Source of the DNA: Candidatus Latescibacterota bacterium
GTDB lineage: Bacteria; Latescibacterota; UBA2968; GCA-2709665
Assembly: GCA_965219455.1 (NCBI GenBank)
Contig: OZ244744.1
Coordinates: 3,328,001-3,392,000 of the forward strand
Direction of reading: 5' to 3'
DNA length: 64,000 nucleotides
In this document: positions 60,101 through 64,000 of the stretch, one piece after another
How positions within the stretch are numbered: the first letter of the stretch is position 1
How the letters are laid out: every line of letters starts with the position of its first letter
Notes under the pieces: generated by a model
Database searches by the model: none
Told to the model about the DNA's origin: nothing
What the model saw: only the letters and a program-made list of their open reading frames with translations
Translations under genes and position numbers: made by a program

Positions 60101-60137
60101 CACCCAACCCCACGGAACCGTGCTGCGCCTGGTATAG
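57117..60137 (+). CDS. Heparinase II/III-like lyase with N-terminal Zn-ribbon
   Basis: CPAC...CFHC, VNN, DGSTAEGSSYY, GHDHPDALNI, DLGY and STLKHNLVVVD. Confidence 0.8.
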   Translation: MPAWNSDEERECRRRLEEQKARYYRSAGDVEHPCLSIRDDNLSIARANIRRHDWAKKHYEDLLELGDYYAHRSDAWIAHMLPGLTPAQIYGTFCPACGADNTYRMRWIDRDPDKLICFHCDAIMTDEAFPEEGRLELPRSGQTLTYYIRPEERNDPEFTTGRSAYSWAGRRVHSSYSGAVRQQKTHRMPAVARNLAILYRMEGEDRYARAAAAILKRFAAVYPTYLFRDYWNTYMDCDPLYACELMARDTGIARYEVNPCPDQNARSPMESGRLIQTFWGCGRLSGGGVQSEAHFISMLAEALDLLWDEKDGHGHLYLTEQERERIVKDLLVEGLFTFTHWEGVNNKVAGCREGEVVLGRFLGAPDDVHRGVEGFKPYLKGFFKFDGSTAEGSSYYLYAVANVRNLPEVAHGYSDPPTYRGRDRYDDLNLYARGGPYHTVLRARTLMTLPDGRLPHAADAREGPSDWPYPAWIHNLGLVRLGDDFAPFVRMDTGDAFALFNRPAELEATPPPPVRDRFFPGWLLAIFNTGYDGMFQPDLTGTATFLMNFYKPEGHDHPDALNIAMTAEGVEVLSDLGYVGDHPLNASIRSTLKHNLVVVDEQEQLLRDRRPPGNLRLLATSPATKIIEADCRAYEQAETYRRCCVMIHTGTGPAYLVDVFRVRGGAVHDYAIHGEGRVSAPPADDRPIPLEERPGVLGRDIEKLRVGKPADPWAVSWTDCGMTMRARLVSPVDEIILGEGPGQRDHAEIGARHDYLFARKAEAGPGNTFVAVIDHFRKDPDICEVQPVCLPGDASGPVALRIGRRTGAETVIQTLDQVERTYDNVTFAGRAAVYTRCEDARQSLFLTEGTRFASPGLTVALEVAAIEGDIVDRNRRGFRTGNTLPHPDALVDHFVRVRDPDQGCWTAYRIRSATASRIAVDEFPFNAGTTYHIPSLFRIEQASDDTYRVRTTTPARLSIRTPYRRAFLESGDGGRTELETHETAGLLTLTIDPTTTQPHGTVLRLV

Positions 60138-60158
60138 GAAATCCCGGCAACATGGGAC

Positions 60159-60187
60159 TTGCAATCCCGACTGGCATGTTGTAGACT
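60159..60187 (+). promoter_or_regulatory. Probable sigma70 promoter
   Basis: TTGCAA, 17-bp spacer, TAGACT. Confidence 0.55.
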
Positions 60188-60289
60188 CTTGATATCCGTC
60201 GCGCGGCCCGACCGCAGCCCGTCGGGACTGACCCGAACCGGAACGAACACGGCGAATTTTCTCAATCCTTCTCCCGCGGGAAACTGTCC

Positions 60290-61405
60290 ATGTCAACGTC
60301 GTCTCCTGCCTGCGCCACGTACGAGTCCATAGGCGTTCGTCCACTGATCAACTGTATGGGAACCTACACCATCATCTCAGGCTCTCTGATGCTGCCGGAA
60401 GTCCGCCAGGCGGTACAGGAGGCATCGAGAGCGTACGTGCATCTGGACGAACTGATGGAAAAGGTCGGCGCCCGGGTCGCGGAACTTATGGAATGCGAAT
60501 GGGGCATCGTCACCAGCGGTTGCGCCGCAGCGCTATGCCAGGTCACCGCCGCCTGCGTGGCGGGCCTGGATCCCGAAAGCATGAAACGCCTGCCCGATAC
60601 GTCGGGCATGAGAAACCGGGTCATCACGCAGCCCTCCCACCGGCACGTGTATGACCACGCCATCCGCATGGTCGGCGTGGAAATCGTCGAGGTCGAAACT
60701 CCTCACGAAATGGAGGCTGCCATCGACGAATCGACCGCCATGATCGCCATTTTCGGCGACGCGGCCGATCGGGGCACCGTCTCCGTGACGGACATGGTCT
60801 CCATTTCCCGGAAACACAACGTCCCCACCTTCGTCGACGCAGCCGCGGAACGTCCGGACGTGCCGAATCCCTATCTGTCAGAAGGGGTGGACGTGGTCGC
60901 CTACAGCGGCGGCAAGTGCCTTCGGGGTCCCCAGGCGTCCGGTCTGGTTCTGGGCCGGAAGGACATTCTCCACGCCGCATTCATGAATGGCGCCCCCCAC
61001 CATTCGCTCGCCCGACCGATGAAGGCGGGAAAAGAGGAAGTGATGGGCCTCCTCACGGCCGTGGAACAGTGGGCCAGACGAGACCACGCCGCTGAGTGGA
61101 AGGAATGGGAGCGCCGCCTCGACACGATTGCAGACTCGGTTGCACAACTACCGACCCTGACGACGGGCATCCGTCAACCCGGCCGGTCCAACGTCGCCCC
61201 TGTGCTGGCCATCAACTGGGATCCGGGAACCATCCGCATCACGCCGGAAGAAGCCAGGCGGCAACTCTCCGACGCCGACCCGCGCATCGAGCTTTTCCAC
61301 ACCGGGAGTGGCGTGGAAGTCATGCCCTACATGATGGAATACGGCGAGGATGTCATTGTCGCCCGCCGCCTGAAACAGGTTCTGGAAACCGCGCTGCCAG
61401 ACTAG
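60290..61405 (+). CDS. SelA-like / DgaE family PLP enzyme
   Basis: GVRPLINC.GT.T..SGS, VDAAAE, YSGGKCLRGPQ and ARPMKAGKEE. Confidence 0.88.
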   Translation: MSTSSPACATYESIGVRPLINCMGTYTIISGSLMLPEVRQAVQEASRAYVHLDELMEKVGARVAELMECEWGIVTSGCAAALCQVTAACVAGLDPESMKRLPDTSGMRNRVITQPSHRHVYDHAIRMVGVEIVEVETPHEMEAAIDESTAMIAIFGDAADRGTVSVTDMVSISRKHNVPTFVDAAAERPDVPNPYLSEGVDVVAYSGGKCLRGPQASGLVLGRKDILHAAFMNGAPHHSLARPMKAGKEEVMGLLTAVEQWARRDHAAEWKEWERRLDTIADSVAQLPTLTTGIRQPGRSNVAPVLAINWDPGTIRITPEEARRQLSDADPRIELFHTGSGVEVMPYMMEYGEDVIVARRLKQVLETALPD

Positions 61406-61474
61406 AATTTCAATCAGGTCTGTATAGACCCCGCACATGGAATCTCACGGAGTCATAGCCCCACGGAGCCCCTG

Positions 61475-62710
61475 ATGCGCGTCGAAATCGCCCGTCACGC
61501 CCTTGACCGCGTGCCCCTCTCGATCATCTTCGACGACTCCACGTTGCTGGTCAACCTCAATTACTTCTTCATGAGGGACAGAAACCCTATCGACGGCCAG
61601 CACCGCCGCTGGGAGGACGTACCCGTCGTCCACCCCGAGTCCTTCACCCGGGAATTCGCCGAATACTGCCTCGACGAGGGCGTAAAGGGGAAGTTCAGCG
61701 TCGTACCCTGTCCCGCGGCGCTGGGGCGCATCGACCACGGTCTGCCGCTTTTCAGCAAAGCCCAGCAGGAAAGCTGGCTGGATATGTGCCGCGAATTCAT
61801 CGTGCCCAACTACGACATCACACCCGAAATGATTACCCACACATTTGTGGTGGACCTGGAGACGTTGCGGCCGGTGGACCCCAACCTCTGGGAACAGTGG
61901 GGATGGCACCAGCTTCCGACCGATAGGGAGGAACTGGTAACGGACTACATCGCGCTCGCCTGTGAAATTCTCCACAACGTCGGCCTGACGCCCGATGGCG
62001 TCACGTCGCCCGGCGGGTTCGGGAATCCGCTCGACTTCTACGCCAGATGCGCCGAAGCCGCCTGCCGGCGTGTCACGGGCAACCCCACGCCCTACCTGTT
62101 TAAACGCGTGTCCAACGGCGCGGTGGAGACTCCGGTGTGGTACCCCGACCGCAACGCCGGAACGGCGATGGGCGAGATTATCGCATGTACCGGGGATTGG
62201 ACCGGATCCTGGACGGGGTACGGCGAAGTCAATCCCGACAAATATATCACCGCCGACCTTCAGGGCGGGCGTTTACCGGCTGTTATCGATGCCGGTGATC
62301 CTGCGGTACTCATCAGCCACTGGCAGGGCTTTTACGGACTCCACGACGCAGACCGCCGGGGCTTTAACGCCTTTAAAACCGTCGTCCGCCGGCTGAGGGA
62401 ACGCGATCCGGCGAATGAACGCACCCGGTGGCGCAAATGCAGCGAGATTACTACCTACGCCATCATGAGGGAGATGGCCGAACTCACAGTTGAAGGCAAC
62501 ACCGTCACGCTCGATCTGCCCGTACGCATGCCGGAACTGACGCTATGCTTCACTGAACGGGAGATCAGGTCCGTGTCCGTAGACGGCAGGCCGCTTGCCC
62601 GCGCGCACACCAGGGCCGCCTTCGAAAGCCAGACCTTCTACCGGGAGAACGGCGCAACCTACGTCGCCGTCGATCCGCAACGTCGCACGACCACCGTAGA
62701 GATCCGGTAA
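61475..62710 (+). CDS. Hypothetical protein, NodB/deacetylase-like fold
   Basis: SIIFDD, GVKGKFSVVP, EMITH, GVTSPGGFG and SHWQG. Confidence 0.55.
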   Translation: MRVEIARHALDRVPLSIIFDDSTLLVNLNYFFMRDRNPIDGQHRRWEDVPVVHPESFTREFAEYCLDEGVKGKFSVVPCPAALGRIDHGLPLFSKAQQESWLDMCREFIVPNYDITPEMITHTFVVDLETLRPVDPNLWEQWGWHQLPTDREELVTDYIALACEILHNVGLTPDGVTSPGGFGNPLDFYARCAEAACRRVTGNPTPYLFKRVSNGAVETPVWYPDRNAGTAMGEIIACTGDWTGSWTGYGEVNPDKYITADLQGGRLPAVIDAGDPAVLISHWQGFYGLHDADRRGFNAFKTVVRRLRERDPANERTRWRKCSEITTYAIMREMAELTVEGNTVTLDLPVRMPELTLCFTEREIRSVSVDGRPLARAHTRAAFESQTFYRENGATYVAVDPQRRTTTVEIR

Positions 62711-62726
62711 AACGGAAACCAACACT

Positions 62727-63185
62727 ATGAAACTCTGCGACGCACTGGCCCCAGACCGTATCGAACTCAACCTTGCCAGTCCCGATCGGGACGGGGCCAT
62801 CCGCGAGATGATCGAAACTATGGGCCGGTCGGTCAATCTTCCCGATCCCGACGCGCTGCTTGGTCTCATCCTGGAACAAGAGGCCATCAAGACCAGCGGT
62901 GTGGACCAGGACGTGGCGATACCGCACGCCCGGTCGGACGACATCGAGGGTGTGGTCGTGGTGTTGGGCATATCCAGGAATGGCATCGACTTTCAGAGCC
63001 TGGACGGGCAGCCCGTACACCTGATTTTCCTCATTCTTTCTTCCGAGGCATCCCTAGCGGCATACATGAGCGTACTGAGCCGCACCGCCCGCATTTTCGA
63101 CCACGAGGACATCCGTCGAAGGGTCCTCCTGGCTGCCTCTCCCGCAGAAATTATCCAGCTCATCCGTACACAGGAGCCGTTTTAG
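62727..63185 (+). CDS. Stand-alone PTS EIIA (Fru/Ntr type)
   Basis: TSGV..DVAIPHAR (phospho-His) and GIDFQSLDGQPVHLIFL. Confidence 0.92.
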   Translation: MKLCDALAPDRIELNLASPDRDGAIREMIETMGRSVNLPDPDALLGLILEQEAIKTSGVDQDVAIPHARSDDIEGVVVVLGISRNGIDFQSLDGQPVHLIFLILSSEASLAAYMSVLSRTARIFDHEDIRRRVLLAASPAEIIQLIRTQEPF

Positions 63186-63280
63186 GGACCGGGAACGGGA
63201 ATTCGGGATACGGAAGGAAAGGTATGCCGTTTCCCTTCCGGATCCCGGCTTCTCCATCCCGTGGCTTACCGGCTATCGCA

Positions 63281-63616
63281 ATGTTTCTGTTTCTCATCCT
63301 ACTCCATCGCGAAGACCTCCTTGACGAGGTCCTTTCCGGTCTCGTGGAAATGGAAATCACGGGTGCCACGGTTCTGGATGGAAACGCCATGGAGCGCATC
63401 CTGGCCGAGGATGTGCCCATTTTCGCCGGGTTGTTGCAGGCCGGACCCGGCCGTACGAGCGCTATTATCGCATCCGTTGAGGATCGCTCCGCGCTCGATC
63501 CGCTCATCCGTCTCTTACGAGAAACGGGTGTCGACTTCACACAACCGGGCGTCGGCAGACTCTTTCTGTTGCCCGTTGATTTTTACCTCGGCCCGGCCGG
63601 CGAAGAAACTCCATGA
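63281..63616 (+). CDS. PII-like protein
   Basis: LLDEVL..L.E.EITGATVLD..AM..IL..DVPIFAGL...PGVGRLFLLPVD follows the GlnB-like topology. Confidence 0.7.
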   Translation: MFLFLILLHREDLLDEVLSGLVEMEITGATVLDGNAMERILAEDVPIFAGLLQAGPGRTSAIIASVEDRSALDPLIRLLRETGVDFTQPGVGRLFLLPVDFYLGPAGEETP

Positions 63617-64000
63617 AACTGGTCTCCGCCGCCATTCTGATCGTCGTTATCGCCTTTGTCGGTTCCCGGCTCAGCTTCGTCCATATCCGTCTGCCGCTGG
63701 GCATCAGGAATCTCTTTCTAACAGGCATTGAATACCTCCTGGTCGGCCTTCTCCTCGGTGGCGCCGCGCTCGATCTGCTCGATGCACCGACCCTCGACGG
63801 CCTCTATCCATTTATGGGCATGGGTCTCTCATGGATCGGTATGCTCTTCGGCATTCAGTGGGAGTTTCGACGGCTGAGCCATATTCCCCCACGGGTATTC
63901 GGCATTGCGCTCGTCCAGAGCCTGATCACCATCTTCGTTGTCGTTGTTCCCTTTTTCCTGATTTTCCGCCTCCTCTTTTCGCACGAAACGGAACTGTTGC
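63613..64000 (+). CDS. Cation:proton antiporter (CPA)-like membrane protein, partial (not in the ORF track)
   Basis: Manual translation MKLVSAAILIVVIAFVGSRLSF...TGIEYLLVGLLLGG...GLSWIGMLFGIQWEF... ATGA overlap with the PII-like gene; open to the window end. Confidence 0.7.
   Translation, partial: MKLVSAAILIVVIAFVGSRLSFVHIRLPLGIRNLFLTGIEYLLVGLLLGGAALDLLDAPTLDGLYPFMGMGLSWIGMLFGIQWEFRRLSHIPPRVFGIALVQSLITIFVVVVPFFLIFRLLFSHETELL

Noticed and set aside
60290-61405. Selenocysteine synthase selA and a selenoprotein system
   Set aside because: Short DgaE-like form, no selB/selC/selD nearby, and no in-frame TGA/SECIS noticed in the window.

Overview
GC-rich bacterial chromosomal window with about 55 protein genes and no rRNA, tRNA, CRISPR array, integrase, transposase or reverse transcriptase that I can recognise. 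A GWxTD/TPR protein and a secreted protein with a paired DFNGD..VDF.DF dockerin/EF-hand-like tail suggest a Latescibacterota-like lineage (inference only). Most genes are catabolic and poorly characterised: GH42-like, PL2-like, PL11-like, heparinase II/III-like and GH33 proteins, Gfo/Idh/MocA, SDR and Zn dehydrogenases, an E1a/E1b/E2 2-oxoacid/acetoin dehydrogenase, and class III aminotransferases. Housekeeping genes include psd, msrB, sthA, an RluA-family synthase and a cold-shock protein. Four type II toxin-antitoxin modules are present. In three the toxin is broken and the antitoxin intact, and one of these lesions creates an in-frame toxin-antitoxin fusion. The fourth looks intact and has an extra upstream antitoxin-like mini-ORF. 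Other notable items are two MITE families, a predicted intrastrand-triplex repeat, a 37-bp synonymously diverged copy of a nearby gene, a channel-like protein with a non-canonical filter, a 7-blade propeller inserted in a LamG domain, and a PTS EIIA / PII-like / cation:proton antiporter unit at the right edge. All family assignments come from motif recognition by eye; no database searches were run.
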